A stretch of 64,000 nucleotides of DNA from an uncultured delta proteobacterium (GTDB taxonomy: Bacteria > Desulfobacterota > Syntrophia > Syntrophales > UBA5619), in contig CAWJHT010000046.1 of the NCBI GenBank assembly GCA_963842685.1, positions 1,440 to 65,439 of the forward strand. Direction: 5' to 3'. Of this stretch, positions 29,486 to 43,702 are shown piece by piece. A model generated the notes under the pieces. That model saw only the letters and a list, made by a program, of their open reading frames with translations. It had not been told where the DNA came from and did no database searches. Numbering within the stretch: position 1 is the stretch's first letter; every line of letters starts with the position of its first letter. Made by a program: the position numbers and the translations under genes.

Positions 29486-30633
29486 ATGAATGCATTATCG
29501 CAGGATGAATTAAAGACATTGATGGGAAAACATCAGGGCTTGTGCATTTCGATTTTCATGCCCACCTTCCGCACCGGCGCGGAAAGCCAGCAGAACCAGA
29601 TCCGGTTCAGGAATCTTCTGCGCAGCGCGGAGGAAAAACTGCTGGCCGCCGGTCTGCGTTCCCAGGAAATCAAAGAGCTTCTGGAACCGGCCCAGGCGCT
29701 GCCGGGCAATGTCCTATTCTGGCGGCGGCAGAGCGACGGTCTGGCGCTCTTTCTCTCCGCCGATCTGTTTCGCTATTTTTGTCTTCCCGAGGCATTTCAC
29801 GAGCTCATCGTCGTCGCCGACCATTTTCACATCAGACCCCTTCTGCCGGTCCTGAGCGGCGACAAACGGTTCTATATCCTGGCCCTCAGCCAGAAAGAGG
29901 TCCGGCTTCTGGAAGGGACGGGGCAGAACGTTCAGGAAATAGAACTGGAAGCGGTTCCCAAAAGCCTTGACGAGGCGTTGCAGTATGACGAGCTTGAAAA
30001 ACAGGTTCGTTTTCGCACCGGCTCCGTCAGCGGCGGAACCGGCATGGCGATGGTTTCCGGACACGGAGGGGTTGCCGACGACACGAAAGACAACCTCCTT
30101 AAGTATTTCCGTCTGATCGACCGGGGTCTCCACGACCTGCTCAAGGACGAACGCGCGCCCCTCGTCCTCGCCGGGGTGGAATATCTCTTTCCCATCTACC
30201 GTGAGGCCAACACCTTTCCCCACCTGATCGAGGAGGGAATTCCGGGAAATCCCAAGGGAACCAGCTCGGAATCTCTTTACCGCATGGCCTTGAAGATCGT
30301 CAGCCCCTTCTTTCAGAAGGCCGAAAACGACGCCATCGCCCAGTACCGGCAATCTTCGGGAACCGGCCTGACCTCCGCCGACATCCGGGAGATCGTCCCG
30401 GACGCCTCCACGGACGGGTCGGCATGCTTTTCATCGCCGCAGGGAGCCGGAATTGGGGAACATTCAACAGGGAAAGCGGCGCCGTCGAACTGCACCAGAA
30501 ACCGGAGGCCGACGACGAGGATCTGCTGGAGATCGCGGCGATCCAGACCTATCTCAACGGAGGATCGGTCTTCATCCTGCCCCCGGAAAAAATGCCGGAG
30601 CCAAAAGACCTGGTCGCCGTTTTCCGTTACTGA
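29486..30633 (+). CDS. Uncharacterised protein, probably a bacterial eRF1-fold (baeRF-like) family member, with one frameshift near 30400
   Basis: AAGGGAG lies upstream of the ATG at 29486. The sequence is LCISIFMPTFRTGAESQQNQIRFRNLLRSAEEKL...FWRRQSDGLALFLSADLFRYFCLPEAFHELIVVADHFHIRPLLP...FYILALSQKEVRLLEG, with the tail HGRVGMLFIAAGSRNWG...DLLEIAAIQTYLNGGSVFILPPEKMP in ORF 30424..30633. The pattern matches my recollection of baeRF families. It has not been checked by any search. Confidence 0.5.
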
Positions 30634-30643
30634 TCAAGGGTGT

Positions 30644-31673
30644 TCAGATTCCGTCTCCTCCAGCCGGGAACGGCTGATCCGGAGGCGTGACCGGTCTTTC
30701 CGTCTCTGCGTCACGGGGCATCCGCCCCTTGTAGATGTACCGGTCGAACAGCCGGTGATAGGGCGTCCAGTCCGACTCCTCGTCGCGGGCGTCGCGGATG
30801 TACTCCTGGAAGGCGTTCACCTTGGCGTCGAGGTCGTCCATGTAGTGGACGATCAGGGCCTCCAGGGTCTTGGGCCGCTTGGGCGAACCGTATTCGAGAA
30901 CACCGTGATGACTGAGGATCAGGTGGCGGAGTTCCATGGCCGTCTGTTCGGGAAAATCGGGAATCGTCGCGATCTTTGCATCGACCATCTCGACGCCCAT
31001 GACGATGTGACCGACCAGCCGTCCCGGATCGCTGTACTCCACGATCCGTTCATAGGAAAATTCGTAGATCTTCCCGATATCGTGGAGGATGCCGCCGGCG
31101 ATCAGGAGATCCCGGTTGATCCCTGCGTAATGGCCGGCCGCCTGATCGAGGAGTCGGACAACGGAAAGGGTGTGTTCCAGAAGACCGCCGATGTAGACAT
31201 GGTGAAATCCCTTGGCCGCCGGCGCCCTCCTGAAGAGTGCGGCAATCTTCTCATCCTTGAAAAATGCACTGCAGAAGTGCAGCCAGACAGGGGGTCTTGA
31301 CCTGCTCGACATAGCCGAGAATCCCGGCGAACATCTCCGCGTGATCCCCCCTCGCCACCGGAAAATAGTCGGCCAGTTCGACCTCCCCATCCTCCACCTT
31401 CTTCAGTTCGATGATCGAAAGCTGGATGGCGTTCTTGAAACTGAGCGCCCGCGCCTGGATGCGGATCAGATCGCCCTTTTTGAACGCCTTGTCCCAGGCC
31501 AGGGCGTTTTCCCAGATCTTCCCGTCCACCTCCCCCGTCCGATCCCTCAGGCGGAGATTCAGGTAGGGCGATCCCTTCTGGGAATAGGCGAGATTCTTCT
31601 CCGCCGCCAGAAAGACCTCGCTCACCTTGTCGCCGGTCTTGATATCCTTTACATAAATCGATTTTGATTTCAA
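30644..31673 (-). CDS. OB-fold plus HD-domain phosphohydrolase/3'-5' exoribonuclease (YhaM-like), with one frameshift near 31270
   Basis: The N-terminal OB fold is in ORF 31251..31673 (FLAAEKNLAYSQKGSPYLNLRLRDRTGEVDGKIW). The HD domain is in ORF 30644..31390 (HHVYIGGLLEHTLSV...GGILHDIGKIYE...LILSHHG). Confidence 0.7.
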
Positions 31674-31677
31674 TGCC

Positions 31678-33631
31678 CTACCCGCCCTTCGTCAAATAGA
31701 TGATCATTGATTCCTGCCGCTCCCGAAGGATCCGGTGCTCGCCCGCCCGCATGGTCAGCTTCGTCATGTCGAAATACTCCATGAGCGGGATGATGAATTT
31801 CCGTGTAAGCCCGGTCAATTCCCTGAAGCTCGCCGGCGTCGCCTTCCCCTCCCTGATCGAGAAACTTCCGGTATTCCTCACGGAGCCGCGCCAGGGCATC
31901 CCGGTGGAAGTTCAGATCCTCGCTGATCCGGATCAGTTCTCCCTCGCGGGTCATCACCTGGATCAGGCTCGCAATCTCTTTTTTCCGGTCGGGAAACCGC
32001 TCCAGAACCTCCTTCACCGTGGGCGGCGACAGACCGCCCTCCCGATAGACCCCGGCGATCGACTCCCGCAGATCCCCCATCTCCCCCTTCAATTGGACAT
32101 GATGCCCCGACAGGCGGACATGCTCCTTCTCGGCGATGAGCTCTCCCCTCTTTTCGAGCTCCCGGAGGGCCATGCTGAAGATCTTCTGTCCCGCCCCATC
32201 GCCCATTCCGAGCGTCGTCCGGAGTTCCTCCCGGGAGAGTCCCTCCTTCAGGGGAAACCGTTCGTGGTACCCCTTCAATTCCCCGATGATCCCCACCTGC
32301 AGGTCGGCATAGACCGGTCCGGACAGGACCCTCGTCTCTTCACGGTCGACAAGCATGGCACTCCGTGCAGAAAACATCCCCTCCAGGCGCCTGCGGAGTT
32401 CGGCCCGGCGGATACCCGTCCGAATCACAAGGCGGGGTTCCGTGATCCCGCCGATCCCGGCCCTCGCCATCACGACGGTCAACTTCTCGATCTCTCCTCC
32501 GCCGGAAAGAAGCCGGAATTCCTCCAGCACCTCCTCCGCAAATCGTTTGTGTTTCGCGGACAGAGGATCGAGGATCATCCCGCCCCCGATCGTCGTGACA
32601 GGGGAATAGCTCCGGACGACGAACCGGTCCCCGGCCACCACCGCCAGAGGGGCATCGAGCACCAGTTGGGCGTTGGCCTCTTCACCCGGTTCCAGTTCGT
32701 CCCGGTCGAGAAGGATCATCCGCGCCATGACTTCGCTTGTCCCCGTATGCAACCGGACAAGGGTCCGGTTCTTCAGCTTCCGCGCGGCGCCGGCAAGATG
32801 GCGGTAAAGGCAATCAAGGCGCTGCGACACAGCCAGGGCGCCTTTGCCGGCGAGAAGATACCCCCGCTCGATCACCGCCCGGTCAACCCCTTGGAGGTTG
32901 ACGGCCGTCCTCTGCCCCGCCTCGGCGGTATCGACAGGCTGGTTGTGGACCTGAATCCCCCTCACCCTGGCCCGGAGCCCGACCGGATAGATCTCCACCT
33001 CCTCACCGGTCGTCACACGTCCGGACGTCAGCGTTCCCGTGACGACGGTGCCGAATCCCTTCATCGTAAACACACGGTCGACGGGCAGACGGAAGAGCCC
33101 GACATCGGCCGCCTCTTCCACCTCGTCCGCCACCCGGGCGATGGTCTCGATGAGTTCGGGAAAACCCGCCCCCGTCAGGGAAGAAACCGGAACGACCGGC
33201 GCATCCTCCAGAAAGGTCCCCCGGAGAAACTCACGGACGTCCTCCCGGACGAGCGTCAGCCACTCCTCATCCACCATGTCGATCTTGGTGAGGGCAACGA
33301 AACCCTTTCGTATCCCGAGGAGGGTGCAGATCTGGAGGTGCTCCCGCGTCTGCGGCATCACCCCTTCATCGGCTGCGATCACCATCACAACAAGGTCGAT
33401 GCCGGCGGCGCCGGCCACCATGTTCCGGACAAACCGCTCGTGGCCCGGGACATCGACGACGCCCAGGACCCGACCGTCGGGGAGGGACAGAGAGGCGAAG
33501 CCGAGCTCGATGGTGATCCCCCGCTCTTTCTCTTCCTTGAGCCGGTCCGTGTCCACACCGGTAAGACGTTTGATCAGCGCCGTCTTGCCGTGATCCACGT
33601 GGCCGGCGGTACCCATCACGATGTGCTTCAT
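31678..33631 (-). CDS. selB: Selenocysteine-specific translation elongation factor SelB, with one frameshift near 31860
   Basis: GTPase motifs [16 protein letters not shown] and TKID. These are followed by domains II-III and winged-helix repeats. The C-terminus ...[20 protein letters not shown]... lies in ORF 31678..31899. Confidence 0.9.
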
Positions 33632-33690
33632 GGACGGGAAAGTAGCAGACTCATCCGCTTTTCACAACAGCAAATATAGATACCAAATGA

Positions 33691-34080
33691 CTACAAAATG
33701 ATGTTGCTTGCTCCAGCGGTCGAGCCGCCCGGAACGATCAGCCGGGACTGCTCCTGCCTCTGCATTTCTTTGGCCTGTTCGACCAGGTGAGCCACGAATT
33801 CCTCCATGGCCGCGGGAAATTTTTCCATAGCCAGTTGAAGATTTTTGGCATCGATTGGAAACTGAACGGGCATGGGGCCTTGCTGGGTGTATATTTGCGA
33901 TTGCCCAACAAAAAGAATCGGACGGGTTTTATCCGGTTCTCCGTTCGGTTTAACCGGCGTCAGCTGACGGATGGAACCTATCGTAAGATCGCTGAACACC
34001 TCTTCCCGGTGAAGGTTTTGTTGGTTGAATTTGACTTTTTTCTCTTTTCCTTCTGAGTCTGCCATGCTGTCCTCCTGCAA
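33691..34080 (-). CDS. Small conserved-looking hypothetical protein; first gene of the selB operon
   Basis: Intact 129-aa ORF (alternative start at 34065). It shares the strand with selB, and its stop is 59 nt upstream of the selB start. I recognise no family. Confidence 0.5.
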   Translation of the reverse strand: MQEDSMADSEGKEKKVKFNQQNLHREEVFSDLTIGSIRQLTPVKPNGEPDKTRPILFVGQSQIYTQQGPMPVQFPIDAKNLQLAMEKFPAAMEEFVAHLVEQAKEMQRQEQSRLIVPGGSTAGASNIIL

Positions 34081-34300
34081 TTGTGATGGGATATCATAAA
34101 CCGTTTATCCCTATTTTCCAACTGTTATTCATCCCTCTCGTCACGATGGTCTATTTCTCGCTTTTAGATTATCAATAAAAAATCGCTTTGGCCACCTCAC
34201 TATGGGTTGACAACAGGAGTCGTTCATGGGAAAAAATGATCGACTTTTCCCAGCGGAGGGTTTAAAAATATCGCCTTATTGGTAATTAAGGAGGGAGGGA

Positions 34301-34769
34301 GTGAGGATACTGGGGCTCGATTACGGCAGCCGGAGAATCGGGGTCGCCCTCTGCGATGAGCTCGGGATGACGGCCCAGGGGGTGGCGACCATCGTCCAGA
34401 AAGAACCGCGAGGCGGATCTCGATGCGATCGCCGAACTGGTCAGACGCCACGGCGTCGAACGGATCGTCGTCGGTTATCCCCTCCGGCTCGACGGCAGCG
34501 AAGGGATCCAGTGCGAGAAGATCAACCGGTTCATCCGGCGACTGGAGATGCGTTTCTCGCTTCCCGTCATTCGCTGGGATGAAACCCTCTCCACGAAGGA
34601 GGCGGAGGAGCTCCTCCGCGGAGCGGGCGTGCGCCGGGAGAAACGAAGGGAGGTCGTCGACCGTGTCGCCGCCTCCATCATCCTTCAAGGATACCTCGAC
34701 GCGATAGCGCGCGGGGGAAAAACGGACAACTCCCTGAAAACAGATGAAGATCGATTAAACGGATACTGA
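34301..34769 (+). CDS. ruvX: Putative pre-16S rRNA nuclease / Holliday junction resolvase-like RuvX (YqgF), with one frameshift near 34400
   Basis: The GTG start follows [39 protein letters not shown], then (shifted) [17 protein letters not shown]... and [14 protein letters not shown]...[14 protein letters not shown]. Confidence 0.85.
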
Positions 34770-35792
34770 AGACTGCAGTCGGCTCACCGGCGGAAAACGG
34801 CCCTCCTGCTCATCCTGGTCGCCATCACTGACCGGCGTCGCCTTTTCCCGCTATGCCGACGTCCCCCGTCAACCGCCTCACCGCCACGAAGATCGTCGAT
34901 ATCCCCAAGGGGGCCGGTTTTTTCCGGATTACGGAGATCCTGAACGACGCCGGTCTTGTTGCAAACCGTCCCTTCTTCTGGCTGCTCGCCCTCGGGAAAG
35001 GGGCGACGAAACAGATCCGGGCGGGCGAATATGAGTTCACCGGTTCGCATGTCGCCGTCGGAGATCCTCGACAAACTGGTCCGGGGGGAGATCAAGTCGT
35101 ACACGGTGATGCTGCCCGAGGACATCACGGTGAACGAGGTGGCCAAGCGGCTTCTCGCCGACAAGCTCATCAACGAGAAGGAATTCATGGCCCTCGCCGT
35201 CGACAGGGAGTTCCTGGCCTCGCTCGGCATCGAGGCGGACAGCATCGAGGGATACCTCTTCCCCGACACCTATCAGTTCGACCGGTCCATGACCACCAGA
35301 GAGGTCATCCGGATCATCGTCCGGCAATTCTGGAAAGAGATCACGCCGGAGATGAGGAAGCGGGCGGAAAAGATCGGCCTGACCCTCAACGAGTGGGTGA
35401 CCCTCGCCTCGATCATCGGCAAGGAATCGGGAAACAAGGAGGAAAAACCGCTCATCTCCGCCGTCTTCCACAACCGCCTGAAGCGCGGGATGAAACTGCA
35501 GAGCGATCCGACCGCCGTCTACCACCTCGAACAGGAAGGCACTCCCGTGAAAACCGTCCTGCGGAGACACCTGAAAACGGACACGCCCCACAACACCTAC
35601 CGGATCAACGGCCTGCCGCCGGGACCCATCGCCAATCCCGGCATCGATTCCCTCCGGGCCGCCCTCTACCCCGCCAACGTCAATTACCTCTACTTCGTGG
35701 CGAAGAACGACGGATCACACCAATTTTCCGCCAGCCTCGACGCGCACAACCAAGCCGTCTCAAAATATCAGATTAACAGACAAAAAAAGTAA
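34744..35792 (+). CDS. mltG: Endolytic murein transglycosylase MltG (YceG-like), with several frameshifts in the first 300 nt
   Basis: The core in ORF 34956..35792 reads EGYLFPDTYQF, LASIIGKESG, ISAVFHNRLKRGMKLQSDPT and YNTYRINGLPPGPIANPG. N-terminal TM fragments are spread over three frames, so the start is uncertain. Confidence 0.8.
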
Positions 35793-35802
35793 AAAATATT
35801 TC

Positions 35803-35831
35803 TTGACAAAGCGAAATTCCTCCTCTATCTT
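35803..35831 (+). promoter_or_regulatory. Candidate sigma70-type dcw/mra promoter: TTGACA, 17 nt, TATCTT
   Basis: Read directly: TTGACA at 35803-35808 and TATCTT at 35826-35831. It lies about 50 nt upstream of the mraZ ATG. Confidence 0.5.
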
Positions 35832-35840
35832 GGCCTCAAA

Positions 35841-35866
35841 GTGGAGTAAAGTGGATTATAGTGGAG
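35841..35866 (+). promoter_or_regulatory. Candidate MraZ operator: three direct GTGGA repeats with a 10-bp period
   Basis: GTGGAGtaaaGTGGATtataGTGGAG lies between the putative -10 box and the mraZ start. MraZ is known to bind phased direct repeats of this G-rich type in its own promoter. Confidence 0.55.
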
Positions 35867-35879
35867 GAAAAATCCCAAA

Positions 35880-36326
35880 ATGTCCGTCTTTCGGGGTCAA
35901 TATTACCACACCATCGATGACAAGGGGAGAGTCATTTTCCCGTCACGACTCCGCGAGGTGTTTGCCGAGAAATACGACAACCGTCTGGTCATCACGAACT
36001 GGGACGGTTATCTGATGGTCTTCCCCTACGATGAGTGGCGGGTGATCGAGGAAAAGGTCTCCCACCAGTCCCTCCTGCGGAAAGAAGTGCGCGCCTTTCA
36101 GCGGTTTTTCATGTCGGGCGCCGTCGATTGCACCCTGGACGGCCAGGGACGGATCCTCATCCCCCCCAATCTCAGGGAATTTGCAAAGCTGGAGAAGGAG
36201 ATCGTCCTGGCCGGCATGATCAAGGTCATCGAGATCTGGAGCAAGGAAAGGTTCGAGGCGGAGATGAAGAAGAGCGGCGACAACCTGGACGGCTTCAGCG
36301 ACTATATGGCGGATCTCGGAATATGA
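35880..36326 (+). CDS. mraZ: Transcriptional regulator MraZ
   Basis: Intact 148 aa. [23 protein letters not shown] and a second [14 protein letters not shown] form the tandem SpoVT/AbrB-like halves. Confidence 0.95.
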   Translation: MSVFRGQYYHTIDDKGRVIFPSRLREVFAEKYDNRLVITNWDGYLMVFPYDEWRVIEEKVSHQSLLRKEVRAFQRFFMSGAVDCTLDGQGRILIPPNLREFAKLEKEIVLAGMIKVIEIWSKERFEAEMKKSGDNLDGFSDYMADLGI

Positions 36327-36338
36327 AAGGCCCGGGGA

Positions 36339-39589
<3,251 letters not shown>

Positions 39590-39598
39590 GAGGTTCCG

Positions 39599-41135
39599 AT
39601 GCAACTTTCGCTGCTGATGAGAGGAATCGAACCGCTGGGGATCACGGGGCATCCGGACGGCGAGGTGGCGTCGGTCTGCTACGATTCCCGGCAATGCCGA
39701 CAAGGGCAGCCTCTTCGTGGCGATCTCCGGCCTGAAGGCGGACGGCCATGAATTCATCGCCGACGCCCTGACCCGCGGCGCCGGCTTCATCATCCATGAA
39801 GGGGAGTTTCATCCCCCCGCCGGCGTCACCGCCATCCGCGTCCGGGACAGCCGGCGCTGCCTCGGCATCCTCGGAAAAAACTTCTTCGGCGATCCCTCCG
39901 CCGCACTCTGCCTCATCGCCGTCGTGGGAACCAACGGCAAGACCACGGTCACCTATCTCCTCGAATCGATCCTCCGGGCCGCGGGATATCCCGTCGGCGT
40001 CCTGGGAACGGTGAACTACCGTTACGGCGGAAAGACGTCTCCCCGCACCGAACACCACCCCGGAATCCTTCGAGATGCAGAGGATCCTCCGGGAGATGGC
40101 GGATCACGGGGTCACCCATGTCGTCGCCGAGGTCTCCTCTCACGCCCTTGACCTCAGGAGGGTCGACGACTGCGCATTCGATCTGGGAATCTTCACCAAC
40201 CTCACCCAGGACCACCTCGACTATCACCGGACGATGGAGAACTACTTCCAGGCAAAGAAGCGTTTCTTTTCCGAGGTGCTCCCCGCCGGAGGGAAAACCC
40301 ATCCGCAAAAGATGATCATCAACGCCGACGATCCCTGGGGACAGCGAATCCTCCGCGAGGTCGGAGGCGGACGCCTCACCTACGGTCTCGAAACCCCCTG
40401 CGACGTCACTGCGTCCTCTTTTCATCTTTCCCTCGACGGCATCGAGGCGACGCTCCTTCTCGGCGGGGATAGGCTTTCCATTTCCTCCCGTCTCATGGGG
40501 AGATTCAACCTCTACAACATCCTGGCCGCCGCCGCGGCGGCTTTGGCCCTCGGCATCCCCGACAGGGCCCATCCGGGACGGGATCGCGGCGTTGATCCAT
40601 GTCCCGGGACGTCTGGAGAAGGTCAGCGCGGCGGGGCAGCCCGCCGTTTTTGTCGATTACGCCCACACGGACGACGCCCTGCGACGGGTCCTCCAGAATC
40701 TCTCCCCGTTCCGGACGGGAAGAATCATCACCGTCTTCGGGTGCGGCGGAGACCGGGACCGGGGAAAACGGCCGCTCATGGGCGAGGCCGCAACGGCCTA
40801 TAGCGATCTGACCATCGTGACCTCGGACAATCCGCGGACGGAGGATCCTCTGGCGATCATCCGGGAGATCGAAACGGGCATCCGGACGCCGAAGTTCACG
40901 GATGCCGACGATTCGGCAAGACATCCGGCCGATCGGGGCTATCTCGTCATCCCCGACCGGAGAGCGGCCATTGCCGCGGCCATCGGCCTGGCCGATACCG
41001 AGGACATCGTCCTGATCGCCGGGAAGGGTCATGAGGATTACCAGATCATCGGCACACGAGAAGTTTCCCTTCGACGACCGGGTGATCGCCCGGGAGGAGC
41101 TGACACGCTGGCAAGACGGCGAGGGAGGGGTCATG
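39599..41135 (+). CDS. murE: UDP-N-acetylmuramoyl-tripeptide synthetase MurE, with about 5 frameshifts
   Basis: SLFVAISGLKADGHEFI, VGTNGKTT, HVVAEVSSHAL, FTNLTQDHLDYH, DYAHTDDAL, FGCGGDRDRGKRP and GKGHEDYQIIG. The end is assumed to be the out-of-frame TGA at 41133-41135, which forms an ATGA with the murF start. Confidence 0.85.
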
Positions 41136-42567
41136 ACGATGGAGGCGCCGGTCCTCTCCGCCGGAGAGATACTGAAGGCGACGGGAGGGACCCCGCTCCG
41201 GGGCGGCGCCGAATGGTCCTGCCGCGGCATCTCCACGGACACGCGGACCCTCCGTGCGGGAAACCTCTTCATCGCCCTTACGGGAGAAAATTTCGACGGC
41301 CATGACTGCCTTGCCGCAGCCGCAGAAAAGGGAGCCGCCGGCCTCCTCATCCGGACGGACCGCCTTGGAAAACTGGACGCGGTGCCAAAAGAGCTGCCGG
41401 TGATCGGCGTCCCGGACACCCTGCAGGGCGCTGGGTGACATTGCCTCCCTGTGGCGGCGGCGATTCTCCCTCCCGCTCGTCGCGATCACGGGGAGTTCGG
41501 GAAAGACGACGACCAAGGAGATGCTCGCTGCGATCGCCGTCTCGATCGCGAAAGATCCTCGTGACGGAGGGAAACCTGAATAACCTGATCGGCCTTCCCC
41601 AGACCTTGCTCAAGATACGGGAGGAACATGAGCTTGCCGTCGTCGAGATGGGAACAAACAGCCCGGGAGAGATCGCGAGGCTTGCCGCCATCGCCGCACC
41701 GGACATCGGTCTGATCACGAACATCGGTCCCGCCCATCTGGAAGGGCTCGGCTCGTTCGAAGGCGATCCGGGAGGAAAAGGGCGCCCTTTTCCAAGTCAT
41801 GAACGGACGAGGGACTGCGATCATCAATCACGATGACGACGCAGTCGGGATTCTGGCCGGGCGCTGGCGAGGCGATCGCATCACCTTCGGCCTCAAACCG
41901 GGCGCGGATATCACCGCCCGGCGGGTCGAAACGGCCGGACCGGAAGGGGTCCGCTTCACACTCGTCATCGACGGGATCGACGTCCCGGTCCGCCTGGCCG
42001 CCCCCGGAGGGCACAATGTCCTAAATGCCCTGGCCGCCGCCGCCGCCGCATGGGCGCTGGGTTTCGACCGGCAGGAGATCGCCGCGGGCCTTGCCGCCTT
42101 TCGCCCCGTTCCCGGACGGATGGAGATCCGCCGTCTGGGAAACGGCGCCTTCCTGATCATCGACACCTACAACGCCAATCCCGCCTCGGTGCGGGAGGCG
42201 CTCAAGACCCTGCAGGGGCTGCGGAAAGAAGGCAGGACCATAGCGATCCTGGGCGATATGCTGGAGCTTGGAACACAGACCCGGGAATTGCACGAGGAAA
42301 TCGGGTCGCTACTCGTAAAGACCGGCGTAGATCGGGTCTTTCTCAAGGGATCCCTTTCCCGGTCCATCGCAGCGGGGGCGATGAAAAAGGGATTTCCCGC
42401 GGAGCGGATCGCCTTTTTCGACGACTCCCGAAGAGGTTCTCGCCTCGCTCCGGCCTTTCCTGAAAAAGGATGACTGGATCCTGATCAAGGGATCCCGAAA
42501 GATGAAAATGGAAGTGGTGGCGGAAAGCATCATTTCGGCATTTGACCTGAAACCGCAAACGGTGTAA
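41132..42567 (+). CDS. murF: UDP-N-acetylmuramoyl-tripeptide--D-alanyl-D-alanine ligase MurF, with about 4 frameshifts
   Basis: ISTDTRTLRAGNLFIALTGENFDGHD, ITGSSGKTTTKEM, GNLNNLIGLP, EMGTNSPGEI, NANPASV and LIKGSRKMKME. Confidence 0.85.
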
Positions 42568-42612
42568 AGGTCCGTCACAAAAAAAACCGGAGGCACCGGT
42601 AAGGGAAGAAAA

Positions 42613-43692
42613 ATGCTTTTTCATCTTTTATATCCGCTACATGAGACATACTCATTCTTCAATGTCTTTCGTTACATCACCTTTCGGACGATCTATGCGG
42701 CGATCACCGCGCTCGTCATCTGCTTTGTCATCGGCCCCTGGCTGATCCGCAAGCTCCAGGCGCTCCAGATCGGCCAGACGATCCGGGAGGACGGACCGGA
42801 TTCCCATCTCGCCAAGAAAGGGACGCCGACGATGGGCGGCATCCTGATCATCTTCGCCGTGACGATCTCCACGTTGCTCTGGGCCAATCTGACCGTCGGC
42901 TACATCTGGCTCGTGGTCATGGTCATGCTCGGATTCGGCCTCATCGGTTTTCTCGACGACTACCGGAAGTTCACCCGGCAGGACAGCCGGGGCGTGCCGG
43001 GAAAGATCCGGCTGACCGCGGAGATCGCGATCGCACTGTTCGTCAGCATCATCCTCTATATCAAGCCGGGATTCAACCCCAGCGTGACGATCCCCTTCTT
43101 CAAGACCGTCCTGCCGAACCTGGGCTGGGGATATATCCTTCTGTCGACCTTCATCATCGTGGGCGCCGCGAACGCCGTCAATCTCACCGACGGCCTGGAC
43201 GGCCTCGCCATCGGCCCGGCGATCACCTGCTTCATGACCTATCTGCTGTTCGCCTACTTCGCCGGCAACATCAAGATCGCCTCCTACCTCCAGATCCCCT
43301 ATGTGGCGGGAACCGGGGAGCTGGCCATCTTCTGCGGCGCGGTCGTCGGCGCCGGGATCGGCTTCCTCTGGTACAACACCTATCCCGCCCAGGTCTTCAT
43401 GGGGGACGTCGGCTCCCTCTCTCTGGGCGGCTCCCTGGGCGCCCTCGCCATCCTGACGAAACAGGAGATCCTGCTGGCCATCGTCGGCGGGATCTTCGTC
43501 CTGGAGACCTTCTCGGTCATCTTCCAGGTCGGCTGGTTCAAGCTCTCCAACGGGAAGCGGATCTTCCGGATGGCCCCGATCCACCACCATTTCGAGCTCA
43601 AGGGGTGGCCGGAACCCAAGGTGATCGTCCGCTTCTGGATCATCTCCATCCTGCTTGCCCTGGTGGCCATCAGCACGTTGAAATTGAGGTAA
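42613..43692 (+). CDS. mraY: Phospho-N-acetylmuramoyl-pentapeptide transferase MraY
   Basis: Intact 359 aa. [34 protein letters not shown] and APIHHHFE. Confidence 0.95.
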   Translation: MLFHLLYPLHETYSFFNVFRYITFRTIYAAITALVICFVIGPWLIRKLQALQIGQTIREDGPDSHLAKKGTPTMGGILIIFAVTISTLLWANLTVGYIWLVVMVMLGFGLIGFLDDYRKFTRQDSRGVPGKIRLTAEIAIALFVSIILYIKPGFNPSVTIPFFKTVLPNLGWGYILLSTFIIVGAANAVNLTDGLDGLAIGPAITCFMTYLLFAYFAGNIKIASYLQIPYVAGTGELAIFCGAVVGAGIGFLWYNTYPAQVFMGDVGSLSLGGSLGALAILTKQEILLAIVGGIFVLETFSVIFQVGWFKLSNGKRIFRMAPIHHHFELKGWPEPKVIVRFWIISILLALVAISTLKLR

Positions 43693-43702
43693 GAAGGCGC
43701 TC

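Noticed and set aside
31700-33679. A 659-aa plus-strand ORF. There are similar very long ORFs at 42652..43803 (-), 16607..17740 (-), 55068..56528 (-), 56552..57772 (-), 27..665 (+), 2037..2864 (+), 24248..25093 (+) and 50618..51346 (-).
   Set aside because: Each lies antisense to a gene with unmistakable family motifs (selB, mraY, ctp, UPF0182, mutase, tolA, ftsA). Their translations are Arg/Pro/Gly/His-rich low-information sequence, as expected for stop-poor antisense frames in GC-rich DNA.
41100-41140. Apparent in-frame gene fusions murE-murF (41132), murG-murC (about 47394-47434) and murB-ftsQ (49752)
   Set aside because: At each junction a stop codon lies in an alternative frame: an ATGA overlap at murE/murF and murB/ftsQ, and a TGA shortly before the murC ATG. 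This is the normal stop/start arrangement for separate dcw genes. With indels this frequent, a single error just upstream explains the lost stop, so I do not claim multi-domain Mur fusion proteins.
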